Origin: a bacterium
GTDB taxonomy: Bacteria; Patescibacteriota; Andersenbacteria; UBA10190
Length of the DNA stretch: 63,234 nt
Direction of reading: 5' to 3'
Assembly: GCA_043811915.1 (NCBI GenBank)
Contig: JBDRMS010000011.1
Coordinates: forward strand, 1 to 63,234
Below are positions 7,028 to 16,518 of this stretch, one piece after another. The position numbers and the translations under genes were made by a program. How positions within the stretch are numbered: the stretch's first letter is position 1; each line of letters starts with the position of its first letter. The notes beneath the pieces were generated by a model. It saw nothing but the letters and a program-made list of their open reading frames with translations, ran no database searches and had not been told where the DNA came from.

Positions 7028-8493
7028 TCGTTCGGCGTCAGCTCCACCCACACTCGGTCGCTATTTTCCACCGCTACCACTTGCGCGCTTTCCTGAAAAC
7101 CAGGCGCATTCACCGTCAAGTCATAATCGCCATTCCCCGGCAGGCTATCAAAAAACACCTGTCCCAATATTCCAGTCCCTTCACCCTCGTTATACCCCTG
7201 TCCCTCCAGGTTCACCGTGGCATTATCAACCGGCAAACCATCCGGCGAGATTACCGTTACATGAAGCGAGAACAACGTATATGGCACCAGCTTCACTGTC
7301 ATATCCAGCACTTCTCCCGGATTAACCGTGAGTGGCAGCAACAAACTCGTTTCCTTAATATCATACCCGGTCGCCGCCCCGTCAATTGAAAAATCATACC
7401 TGTCCCATACCAGGTTCTCGTAACTTGCCTGGCCCATCTCATCGGTTTGTCCTGCATCATCAAGCACGTACACGCTATCGCCATTTCCATCCACCCCAAT
7501 TGTCCTCGTTCCCCGAAAACTATAAGCCACGCTTAATGGCGCCCCGGTCTCATCGTCCTGCGTAGTCACAGATAAACTGGACACTTGGTCAATCACGAAT
7601 GTCTTACTGGTTAACTCGCGCACAATCATCGATAAGTGGGAATGATCATTATCTGGATAAAAGCTGGCCGTCGCGTCATATGTCTGCTCACTCGTATAGC
7701 CGGGAAAACTTACCGCCAACTCATAACTGTCTGCGCTTTCGGGCAGCCCCGGCAACACCAGTCGGCCTTCCGCGTTCGTCTCCGTTGTCATATCAATTGC
7801 CGGATTAGTCGCGTCATTGACAATCCGCACCGTCGCCCCTTCAACACCCGCTCCCTGCACATTCAATGCCTGAAAATCCAGCGTGCCGCCCAACTCCCCT
7901 CCCTCCATGCCCTGGGGAACCACCTGGGTAATAAACACCACCGACCGTATAGAATTCGGATGGTTCCAGTTCACTTCCACCCGTACTTGTTTGTAGTCAG
8001 TATTAATTTCATCACCCGGCAGCGAACCTTCCCCTCCCGTATCACATGTCCCTGTCGTATCGCCATGCGCCAAATGCGCATCCAGAGCCGCCGCCGGCAC
8101 TTCCATTGTTCTCTCCGAAGATGTACCCGGTTTATGACAAATAGTTATTTTCTCCTGTCCGCTACCTCCATCCAGCACCTGGCCGTCAAAAGGGTCGTCA
8201 ATATAACGAATATCTGTGCGCACCGTGTACGTCACACCATTACGTACCACTTCTTCTTCCTGTGGAATACTGCCGGCCGGCACTCCGCCAACCGTACCCA
8301 CATCAACGTAAGGCAGGTTCCGGACCATCTCCACTCGCTCGTTAGCCAGCGCCACCGCCGCCACCCGCCGCTCCCCCTCTTGAGCCGTACGCAGCGTCAG
8401 TACAAACAAACCAAACACCCCCGTCAACGTCGTCCCGATAATAAACGTCGCAATCAGGAGTTCAATTAAAGTAAACCCCTGTTGCGCTTTCAT
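7024..8493 (-). CDS. Large type IV pilin-like protein (489 aa) with two carboxypeptidase-regulatory-like beta-sandwich domains
   Basis: MKAQQG|FTLIELLIATFIIG is a canonical prepilin motif. GVEGATVRIVNDATN...NAEGRLVLPGLPESADSYELAVSFPGY and DGLPVDNATVNLEG...GDYDLTVNAPGF resemble CarboxypepD_reg folds. There is an internal ICHKPG...AHLAHGDTTGTC motif. TAATG junction with pilC at 8493. Confidence 0.8.
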   Translation of the reverse strand: MKAQQGFTLIELLIATFIIGTTLTGVFGLFVLTLRTAQEGERRVAAVALANERVEMVRNLPYVDVGTVGGVPAGSIPQEEEVVRNGVTYTVRTDIRYIDDPFDGQVLDGGSGQEKITICHKPGTSSERTMEVPAAALDAHLAHGDTTGTCDTGGEGSLPGDEINTDYKQVRVEVNWNHPNSIRSVVFITQVVPQGMEGGELGGTLDFQALNVQGAGVEGATVRIVNDATNPAIDMTTETNAEGRLVLPGLPESADSYELAVSFPGYTSEQTYDATASFYPDNDHSHLSMIVRELTSKTFVIDQVSSLSVTTQDDETGAPLSVAYSFRGTRTIGVDGNGDSVYVLDDAGQTDEMGQASYENLVWDRYDFSIDGAATGYDIKETSLLLPLTVNPGEVLDMTVKLVPYTLFSLHVTVISPDGLPVDNATVNLEGQGYNEGEGTGILGQVFFDSLPGNGDYDLTVNAPGFQESAQVVAVENSDRVWVELTPNE

Positions 8494-9710
8494 TAAATAA
8501 CATTTACCAGGTCGTAAATCGGCGATATCACCGACACCGCCAGCGCTCCTACCGCCAAACCCATCAATATCATCAAAATCGGCTCCATAATCGACGTCAA
8601 ATTCTTCATTGTCTGGTCAACTTCCCCCTCGTAAAATAGCGCTATCTCGCTTAAGACTTCATCCAGCGCGCCCGTCTCTTCACCCACCTTAACGATATTC
8701 GTCACAATAGGTGGAAACAGTCGCTTAAAATCTTCCAGAAAGTTGCTTAATTCCTTACCTTGCTTAACATGTTCTCGCGCCGCCACCAATACCCGCGCGT
8801 AACTGGGATGCGGCGTGTTCGCTCCCATTATTTCCAGCGCTTTAATAAAAGAGACGCCGCTGGCCAGAAGTGAACTCAAATTTCGGGCAAAGCGCGCCAG
8901 ATTTATCTTTTGTATTATTGGACCAAGTACCGGTGTCAAAAGCAACCCGTGCAGCACCGTCGCTCTTACCGACGACAATCGCATTGCTCCCCACATACCA
9001 GCCAGCAACACCAGGACACCCACAAAAATAAATGGCCAGAATGATTGAAAAATATCACTAAGGCCAATCAATATTCTTGTCGGCAGTGGCAAAGCTACAT
9101 CAAATCCTTCAAAAACTTCGACCAGTTTCGGCACCACAAAGAACATCATGGCTATCGCTACGGCAACCAAAGCCACCACAATCACCAATGGATACATAAG
9201 ACCCCCCTTCACCGCTCGCCCCAACTCGTATTCTTTCTGCAACTGTTGGGCCACGACTTCCAGTGACTCCTGCAAACGGCCAGTTGCCTCTCCCACCTGT
9301 ACAAAACTTACAAATAGAGGTGGAAACGCATTAGGAAACATTTGCATACTTTCCGCCAGACCTTTTCCTCTCTCAATGTCACTATAAAGTGCCTTCAGCG
9401 CCACCTTCATCGGCTTGCTACGCGTCTGCTGCTCCAAAGCCACCAACGACCGCTTAATATCCAGCCCCGCCCGTAGCATCAAAGCAAAATAGCGTGCGAA
9501 CAGTGCCCGCTCCAGCACCGGCACCCGATTAAACAAGCTGGAAAATAATGTCGCCCCCGGCAGACGCTGTGCCCTCTGCATATAACGCGTCAGTAACACT
9601 CCTTCACTTAACAAATCCTGCCCTAAAGTAGCGTGGCTGGTCGCCTCCCGCAGTCCCTGCACTAATTCTCCTGTTTTCTCTCTTCGACCTTCAAATGAAT
9701 AAATTGGCAT
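8493..9710 (-). CDS. pilC: Type IV pilus / T2SS platform protein, GspF/PilC family
   Basis: 405 aa, two repeated T2SSF-type halves, three TM segments, position immediately after pilB. Confidence 0.9.
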   Translation of the reverse strand: MPIYSFEGRREKTGELVQGLREATSHATLGQDLLSEGVLLTRYMQRAQRLPGATLFSSLFNRVPVLERALFARYFALMLRAGLDIKRSLVALEQQTRSKPMKVALKALYSDIERGKGLAESMQMFPNAFPPLFVSFVQVGEATGRLQESLEVVAQQLQKEYELGRAVKGGLMYPLVIVVALVAVAIAMMFFVVPKLVEVFEGFDVALPLPTRILIGLSDIFQSFWPFIFVGVLVLLAGMWGAMRLSSVRATVLHGLLLTPVLGPIIQKINLARFARNLSSLLASGVSFIKALEIMGANTPHPSYARVLVAAREHVKQGKELSNFLEDFKRLFPPIVTNIVKVGEETGALDEVLSEIALFYEGEVDQTMKNLTSIMEPILMILMGLAVGALAVSVISPIYDLVNVI

Positions 9711-9719
9711 AGTATTATC

Positions 9720-11453
9720 CTACTCCCTGGCTACACGTAATACTTCTTCTAAACTAGTCACTCCTGTAGCCACTTTTATAAATCCATCTTCAACCATATT
9801 TATCATACCCTGTTCTTTACGAGCCGCCGTCTCCAGTTCTGCCGACGTAGTTTGCGGCCTTATTATTGCCCGAATCTCCGGCGTTATCTCCATCACCTCG
9901 TAAATACCAACTCGCCCTTTGTATCCGTCGCGACACCTCTTGCACCCCTCTGCTTTATACATAACCACATCACTCCAGCCGCCTCCGTCCTTAATCACCC
10001 CTTCCCGCTGCAGCACAGCTAAAATAGCCTCCATATCAAACTCTTCCTGCATCTCCTTGACCACCGCCGCTGAAAACTTCTCCTTCTTGCGACATTTCTC
10101 ACACAAACGCCGGACCAGACGTTGGGCCATCACCAGATTCAACGTCGAGGCCAGCAAAAATGCCTCTATTTTCATATCCCGCAACCGCGGCAGCGCCCCT
10201 GCCGCACTATTCGTGTGCAACGTCGACAACACCAAATGCCCCGTCAGCGCGGCATTGACTGCCAGCGATGCCGTCTCCTCGTCTCTAATCTCTCCCACCA
10301 TAATAACATCCGGGTCCTGCCGCACTAACGACCGCAGGCCATTAGCAAACGTCAAACCAATCTTTGTTTTTACCTGGGTTTGATTAACCCGCAACATCCG
10401 ATACTCAATCGGATCCTCGATAGTGCTAATATTCACCTCCGGCGTACTCACTTCTTTCATTGCCGCGTACAAAGTTGTTGTTTTACCGGAGCCGGTCGGT
10501 CCCGTTACCAGCACCATGCCATTAGGACGTTTAATAGCCCGCCGCAACATCTTCAGCAGTTTTTCGTGCAAACCCAGGTCGTCCAGCCCTAAACTCTGTC
10601 CTGACTCATCCAGCAGACGCATTACCACCTTTTCCCCATCGTACACCGGCAGCGTTGATACGCGAAAAGCTATCTTATATTCTTCCGACTCCAGCTTAAA
10701 ACGACCATCCTGCGGCAAGCGATGTTCATCAATTTTCAAATTAGCCAACACCTTGATACGCGCCACCAGTCCAGACAGCACCGTCCTGGGCAAAATTAAC
10801 ATATCATGCAAAATACCATCAATGCGATAACGGATAATCACTTTGGTTTCCGTCGGCTCAATGTGAATATCAGAAGCCCTCTGCAAAATTGCGTGCTTAA
10901 GTATCGCTTGCGTCACACGAATAATAGGCAAGTCGTCAGCCGCCTTCAACAAATCCCCTTCAGTCATCACTACATTCTTCAACTCCTTGCTCACCACATC
11001 AGACAGTTCTGCCTCCAGACTCTGCTGGTATAAATTCAACGCTTCGCGCACTGCCGATACGCTGGCTTGAGATACCTCTACCGGCAAATCAACTTTTTTA
11101 TGAACAAACTCCACCATTTGCCGATCTCCCGGGTCAGCCATAGCCACCCGTAAAACTTCGCCTGTCTTCTCATAGGCCACAATCATGTGTTCCCGCGCCG
11201 ACGACTCGGGGATAATAGTCAGCACCTCGCGCGGTATGGTTTTTTCTCTCAAGTCAACAAATGGTACTCCTGCCACTTTCGCCTGCACCTGCGCCAGTAC
11301 TCCATCATCAACCAGCCCCGTTTCCGCCAACGTGGTATACAAAGTAGCCCCGCCAGCCAGCTGCTGCTGAATTTCAGCCAACTTGGCATCACTCTTCAGC
11401 GAACCACGCTCAATCAGGGTCTGCAAAACACTCTTGACAGTATCCTCCGCCAC
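9720..11453 (-). CDS. pilB: Type IV pilus assembly ATPase, GspE/PilB family, with an N-terminal T2SSE_N domain
   Basis: Walker A VTGPTGSGKTT, Asp/His boxes, tetracysteine motif CEKC...CKRC, 577 aa. Confidence 0.92.
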   Translation of the reverse strand: MAEDTVKSVLQTLIERGSLKSDAKLAEIQQQLAGGATLYTTLAETGLVDDGVLAQVQAKVAGVPFVDLREKTIPREVLTIIPESSAREHMIVAYEKTGEVLRVAMADPGDRQMVEFVHKKVDLPVEVSQASVSAVREALNLYQQSLEAELSDVVSKELKNVVMTEGDLLKAADDLPIIRVTQAILKHAILQRASDIHIEPTETKVIIRYRIDGILHDMLILPRTVLSGLVARIKVLANLKIDEHRLPQDGRFKLESEEYKIAFRVSTLPVYDGEKVVMRLLDESGQSLGLDDLGLHEKLLKMLRRAIKRPNGMVLVTGPTGSGKTTTLYAAMKEVSTPEVNISTIEDPIEYRMLRVNQTQVKTKIGLTFANGLRSLVRQDPDVIMVGEIRDEETASLAVNAALTGHLVLSTLHTNSAAGALPRLRDMKIEAFLLASTLNLVMAQRLVRRLCEKCRKKEKFSAAVVKEMQEEFDMEAILAVLQREGVIKDGGGWSDVVMYKAEGCKRCRDGYKGRVGIYEVMEITPEIRAIIRPQTTSAELETAARKEQGMINMVEDGFIKVATGVTSLEEVLRVARE

Positions 11454-11476
11454 CTAACTAGTGTACCATATGTTGC

Positions 11477-12220
11477 ATGAACGACTCTCCTGCTCTCAAA
11501 GTCGCCAGTCTTAGTGTTGAACTCGATGGCCACACCATTATCGATGACATCAATTTTACCGTCTCAGCCGGCTCAACTACCGCCATCATCGGACCAAATG
11601 GAGCCGGCAAATCAGTTTTGCTCAAAGCTATTTTGCGCTTGCTGCCAAAGACCAGCGGCCAAGTCCGCATTTTCGGTATTGAACACGAAAAGTACCGCCG
11701 TGTAGCTCCTTTACTCTCCTACATTCCCCAAGTAGTCAGCTTCGACCGGTCCTTCCCCCTCACCGTTCAAGGCCTCTTCTCCCTAAAATCGCCCCGCCCT
11801 CTCGGCATGAGCAGCACAGAGTCTCGTCGCGCCGGCGAACTTCTCGATCTGGTCGGCGCCAGCCACCTGGCGAACCAGCGTCTGGGCATATTATCCGGCG
11901 GCCAACTACAGCGCGTCCTGCTGGCTTATAGTTTAATGGATCAACCTAAACTTCTTCTGCTCGACGAGCCAGCCGCCGGCATTGATGTCCAGGGACAGGA
12001 AACTATTTATCCCCTACTCGCCCGCATCCAAAAAGAAGAGCAGTTGACCATGGTTATTGTCAGTCACGAATTGGAAATCGTTGTAGAGTACGCCGACCAG
12101 GTCTTGTGTCTTAACAAAAAAATTATGTGCTCCGGCCTGCCTCACAAAGTCCTCTCCAATGAAACCTTGCAACAAATGTACGGCACTCCAGTTAGTCATT
12201 TCTCCCACCACCACCGATAA
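11477..12220 (+). CDS. Metal (Zn/Mn-type, ABC-3) ABC transporter ATP-binding protein
   Basis: GPNGAGKS Walker A, LSGGQLQRV signature, LLLDEP Walker B. It is followed by an ABC-3 permease. Confidence 0.85.
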   Translation: MNDSPALKVASLSVELDGHTIIDDINFTVSAGSTTAIIGPNGAGKSVLLKAILRLLPKTSGQVRIFGIEHEKYRRVAPLLSYIPQVVSFDRSFPLTVQGLFSLKSPRPLGMSSTESRRAGELLDLVGASHLANQRLGILSGGQLQRVLLAYSLMDQPKLLLLDEPAAGIDVQGQETIYPLLARIQKEEQLTMVIVSHELEIVVEYADQVLCLNKKIMCSGLPHKVLSNETLQQMYGTPVSHFSHHHR

Positions 12221-12229
12221 TCAATCTGT

Positions 12230-13036
12230 ATGCTTGAACTTCTAGCCCTTCCCTTTTTCCAGCGCGCCCTGATCATCGGCCTTCTCCTGGCTGCTCTAAT
12301 GGCGGTTCTCGGCGTGATTATCGTCCTGCGACGCATGTCATTTTTCTCCGACGCTATCGGCCATGCCGCGCTGACCGGTATTGCCATCGGCCTATTACTC
12401 CAATTCAATCCTTTTATCAGCGCCCTCATTTACACCATGTTCGTCGCCGTTGCTATCTCCGGTATTCGCCTCAAATCCCGTCTTTCTCTCGACTCGCTGC
12501 TCGGTGTTTTCTTTGCCGCCTCCGTTGCCTTAGGCGTTATTATTGTTCAATTCACCCCCGGCTATCAGGCCAACCTGATCAGCTTTCTCTTCGGCGACAT
12601 TCTCACCGTCGGCAGCTTCGACGTAATTCTTACCATTATCGTCGTCGCTGCCGGCGCCATCACCATGCTGCTGGCCGGTAAAACTTTTATTACTATCGCC
12701 TTCGACCCGTCTCTGGCTAAAGCCGAGGGCACTGCCATTAATTTATACGAACTCGTTTTCCTTCTTGTTCTGGCCGCCGTCATCGCCTTGTCCATCAAGT
12801 TTATCGGCGTCATCCTGGTCACCGCCATGCTCATTATCCCTGCCGCCAGCGCTCACAATATCGCCCGCACTCTTACCGACATGTTTGTTATCAGCGTCAG
12901 TATCAGCCTGATATCCGTTATTATCGGTATGCTGCTAAGCGCTGTTCTGGCCACCGCTTCCGGCCCCACCATTGTCCTGGCCAGCACCGTCTTCTTCGCC
13001 CTGTCCCTTCTCATCAGACCCCTGGCCAAAACCTAG
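12230..13036 (+). CDS. Metal ABC transporter permease (ABC-3 / ZnuB-MntB family)
   Basis: 268 aa, 8-9 TM helices, SDAIGHAALTG-type motif typical of ZnuB/MntB permeases. Confidence 0.85.
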   Translation: MLELLALPFFQRALIIGLLLAALMAVLGVIIVLRRMSFFSDAIGHAALTGIAIGLLLQFNPFISALIYTMFVAVAISGIRLKSRLSLDSLLGVFFAASVALGVIIVQFTPGYQANLISFLFGDILTVGSFDVILTIIVVAAGAITMLLAGKTFITIAFDPSLAKAEGTAINLYELVFLLVLAAVIALSIKFIGVILVTAMLIIPAASAHNIARTLTDMFVISVSISLISVIIGMLLSAVLATASGPTIVLASTVFFALSLLIRPLAKT

Positions 13037-13091
13037 TTAACAACTACCAATATACAAGCCCCTCCCGCCGTCTAGGCCCACTTCTAAAGCT

Positions 13092-13117
13092 AAGGTTTAG
13101 AAAGAAGGTTTAGAAAG
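13092..13117. repeat. Perfect tandem 13-mer AAGGTTTAGAAAG x2, preceded by a partially complementary CTTCTAAAGC
   Basis: Read directly from the sequence. It lies between convergent genes ending at 13036 and 13144 and could form a bulged hairpin or terminator. Confidence 0.7.
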
Positions 13118-13143
13118 GTACCCAGAAGCCGTCTCGTAGCCAT

Positions 13144-14145
13144 TCAAACCGATGATACCACCACTGGTTCACGTTCAAGTTCTATGCCAAATTTCTTCTT
13201 GACGGCGGCTTGAATGTCTTCCGCTAATACCAGCAGTTCTTCAGCTGTTCCACCGTAATTGACCAGCGCCAGCGCATGTTTAGGCGAAATACCAACGTTG
13301 TCTCGCCGAAACCCCTTTTTATAACCCGCCTGCTCTACTAACCATGCCGCTGACACTTTCACGTCATTCCCAGCTTCAAAGTGAGGCACTTCATAATCTT
13401 TTTGTAACCGGGACAATTTGTCTCGGGGAATAATCGGATTTATAAAAAATGACCCGCACGACTGCAAGCCGGATTCTGCCATTAACGCCTTTTCTTTCCG
13501 TAGTTCAAGAACCACTTCCCGTACTTTTTCTAAAGTTGCTTTTTCACCTAATCTCTTAACCAATTCCGGGTACTGAACAACCGATTCACCCCCAGGCCGT
13601 AAACGAAAAGTTACTTTAGTCACAATATAGCGGCCGCTATCCTTTCCTTTAAACCGGCTGTACCGATAGCCAAATTGGCATTGCTTGCTCGAAAACAACA
13701 CCTCTCCCAATGTTTGCCTGTCTAATATCTCCACTTCATCAACAACGTCGGCCGCCTGTTGGCCATATGCTCCTACGTTCTGCACCGGAGCCGCCCCCAC
13801 TGAACCCGGTACACCAGACAAGCATTCCAATCCAGCCAGTCCGCGTTTAACACATTCCTCAACAACATTATCCCATTCTTCTCCCGCCGCCGCCTCAACC
13901 AGGCCGTCTTTTATAAACTTCATTCCCTTCAACTCGACCTTAATTACCAGTCCGGCAAAACCTTTATCGGCAAATATTGTATTGCTGCCGCCACCCAATA
14001 TATGCACCGCCAAATTTTTCTCACGCGCAAACAGTAAAGCCTCTTTCAAATCTTCCACAGTCGAACAAGACGCAAAATACTGCGCCCTGCCACCCAAACC
14101 AACCGTTGTCAATGACGCCAACAACACATTTCCCCTTACCTCCAT
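13144..14145 (-). CDS. murB: UDP-N-acetylenolpyruvoylglucosamine reductase
   Basis: FAD-binding GGGSNTIF motif plus the MurB C-terminal domain (GSFFINP, AAWLVEQAGYKKG). Confidence 0.9.
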   Translation of the reverse strand: MEVRGNVLLASLTTVGLGGRAQYFASCSTVEDLKEALLFAREKNLAVHILGGGSNTIFADKGFAGLVIKVELKGMKFIKDGLVEAAAGEEWDNVVEECVKRGLAGLECLSGVPGSVGAAPVQNVGAYGQQAADVVDEVEILDRQTLGEVLFSSKQCQFGYRYSRFKGKDSGRYIVTKVTFRLRPGGESVVQYPELVKRLGEKATLEKVREVVLELRKEKALMAESGLQSCGSFFINPIIPRDKLSRLQKDYEVPHFEAGNDVKVSAAWLVEQAGYKKGFRRDNVGISPKHALALVNYGGTAEELLVLAEDIQAAVKKKFGIELEREPVVVSSV

Positions 14146-14160
14146 AACCTTAAGTGTACT

Positions 14161-15690
14161 TTAATTAAATGCTCTCAAAAACTCAGCCAGCATTCGCACT
14201 CCATAGCCGGTCGCTCCTTTACTGTAGTAAGGCAGGCACACCCGCTCCACATAAGAAGGTCCCGCAATATCAATATGTGCCCACGGCACATTGTCCACGA
14301 ATTCACTCAAGAACAACGCCGCCGTTATGGCTCCGCCCGCCCCTCGCACAGTTGGAATATTGCGCACGTCGGCCACCGCGCTCTCCAAAAATCCCTTATA
14401 TTCATCCGGCATTGGCAGTTGCGCCATTCCTTCTCCCGCTTCCCACGCTGCCACCATTATTTTATCTCTCAATTCATCATCATTCCCCATCAACCCGGCC
14501 ACCGTACTACCTAATGCCACCACGCATGCCCCCGTCAGTGTAGCCAGATCAACAATGGCATCCGGCTTGTGTTCCGCCGCATAAGCCAAAGCATCAGCCA
14601 GTACTATCCGGCCTTCGGCATCGGTATTTAAAACCTCGATGGTTTTTCCATTCTTCGCCGTCAGAATGTCGCCCGGTCGATAAGCCTCTCCCGACGGCAT
14701 ATTTTCACAGGCCACAATCACTCCATGCACTTCAATGTCTACTGTCAGTTTATCCAATATCGAAAACAAACCCAGTACCGTGGCCGCGCCAGCCATGTCC
14801 GTCTTCATAGACTCCATCCCTTCAGACGGTTTAATATTAAGTCCGCCCGAATCAAACGTAATGCCCTTGCCAACCAGCCAGACTTTTTTCGTCTCCGGAC
14901 GATGTTCCTTCGGCAAGTAGGCAAGATGAATAACATAAGGTTCTTCATTTGATCCCTTTGCTACTGCCAAAAAAGCACTGAATCCCTGCTGTTTCGCCTC
15001 ATGTCGATCCAATACTTCCGCCTTTATTCTAAAAGATTTTCGCGCCAGGGCCCTTGCCTCTGCCACCAAAGTTTTTGGCGTCATCTTTTCCGCCGGCTGG
15101 TTTACCAGATCACGAGTCAGTTCTACACCACCCATCACCTGCCGGGTCATCTTTGCCGCCACCCGCACAACCGCCTGTTCATCGGCATCAACCAGCAACA
15201 GTAATTGACGCACGCCCCGCTGCCTGTGCTGCCGACGTAAACGCTCCGAGTATTCAGTAAAACTGTACCCCGCCAGAGCAGCCCCCTCAAACGACGCCGC
15301 CGCCAAATCGCGCGTCGCAACTCCGCTTTTCTGGCCATGAAAGTTAACCGCCACCTTTCTCAAACCATACTGCCTGGCACTTTGCATTACCTGGCCAATT
15401 CCCCTGCGCATACCTTCCATCATCCTGTTTTTTCCATCATCCTTTCTACCCAAACCAACTAATCCCACAAACGAAGCCTTCAGGCTGCGCTCGGATACCA
15501 CAAAAAGTTCAGTTGCCCCTCTCTCACCCTTAAAACCCATCCGCCGCATGCGTTCTTTGATTATCTTTTGCACACCAGGCGGCACAGACGTCGGCAGATC
15601 ACCTCCAACCGTAATTGGCACTATCAAAACATCGGTATCAACCATCGACAACCTGTCTGTCACAACCTTAACACCAATTGGCATAGCCAA
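14161..15690 (-). CDS. pepA: Leucyl aminopeptidase, M17 family
   Basis: NTDAEGRIVLADAL signature and VGKGITFDSGG metal-site motif. Confidence 0.9.
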   Translation of the reverse strand: MAMPIGVKVVTDRLSMVDTDVLIVPITVGGDLPTSVPPGVQKIIKERMRRMGFKGERGATELFVVSERSLKASFVGLVGLGRKDDGKNRMMEGMRRGIGQVMQSARQYGLRKVAVNFHGQKSGVATRDLAAASFEGAALAGYSFTEYSERLRRQHRQRGVRQLLLLVDADEQAVVRVAAKMTRQVMGGVELTRDLVNQPAEKMTPKTLVAEARALARKSFRIKAEVLDRHEAKQQGFSAFLAVAKGSNEEPYVIHLAYLPKEHRPETKKVWLVGKGITFDSGGLNIKPSEGMESMKTDMAGAATVLGLFSILDKLTVDIEVHGVIVACENMPSGEAYRPGDILTAKNGKTIEVLNTDAEGRIVLADALAYAAEHKPDAIVDLATLTGACVVALGSTVAGLMGNDDELRDKIMVAAWEAGEGMAQLPMPDEYKGFLESAVADVRNIPTVRGAGGAITAALFLSEFVDNVPWAHIDIAGPSYVERVCLPYYSKGATGYGVRMLAEFLRAFN

Positions 15691-15733
15691 AGACTATACT
15701 ACAACAACACAACAAAAGCAAAGCCTTAAGATT

Positions 15734-16276
15734 TTATTTTACCTCAATAGGATACGACTTCCTTGCCCAAATATAATAACAAACCCCCTCTTTCAAACGA
15801 ACAACCTCACATTCTTCTTCAAACAAAATTTTCTTCAGTCCCGGCAAATAAGAGCCCTCGCCACCCAGGCCTATCAGTCCTCCAGGACGCAAAACCCTAA
15901 TTATTTGCTGCACCGCACCTTTCAAGTCACTAATGTCGTGCAGCACATTAATAGCAATCACGATATCAAAAGACGACCGATCAAATGGTAAATTCATAAG
16001 ATCAGCCCTTCGCCATTTAAGCCGCTGCCCATATTTGTCCTGCAAGCGCTCAACACCATGCTCCATCTGCGCATCAATGTCTGTCGCCGTAAGCTCAACT
16101 TGAGGAAAAGTTTCTAAAATCCGACGCGACGTAAAGCCACCACCCGAACCAACCTCTAGCACCTCCCCTCGAAATGGATCGGGACAGGCTCGCAAAAAAC
16201 GGGGCACGAACCGGCGGATATGTATCCGGTGCGGCCAGGCGCTTAACCACCAACGTTGCAGGCGATTAACTCGCAT
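15734..16276 (-). CDS. Class I SAM-dependent methyltransferase
   Basis: VLEVGSGGGF motif I and LRPGG motif; 180 aa. Confidence 0.7.
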   Translation of the reverse strand: MRVNRLQRWWLSAWPHRIHIRRFVPRFLRACPDPFRGEVLEVGSGGGFTSRRILETFPQVELTATDIDAQMEHGVERLQDKYGQRLKWRRADLMNLPFDRSSFDIVIAINVLHDISDLKGAVQQIIRVLRPGGLIGLGGEGSYLPGLKKILFEEECEVVRLKEGVCYYIWARKSYPIEVK

Positions 16277-16518
16277 TAGACGCTTGGTGGAGACGGCGGA
16301 GTAGTTACAGCAGGCCCCTGTTCTTCTTTCTTGTCACCAGCGAACATCACCAGCGACACGATAACAGATAAAATACCAACCACAACCTGAATCCAGGGAA
16401 ACCCTCCTGTTAACCCCGTCAAGCCGGAATACAGCCCCGGAATTAAGTGGACCAAACCGCCAACCAGCAACAATACAGCCGCCCATAAACTTAAACTTTT
16501 ATTCGCCATACAACTCAC
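16276..16518 (-). CDS. Small two-TM membrane protein with a Pro/Ser-rich tail
   Basis: Two hydrophobic helices. It is wedged between glyA and the methyltransferase with overlapping junctions. I recognise no family. Confidence 0.45.
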   Translation of the reverse strand: MSCMANKSLSLWAAVLLLVGGLVHLIPGLYSGLTGLTGGFPWIQVVVGILSVIVSLVMFAGDKKEEQGPAVTTPPSPPSV

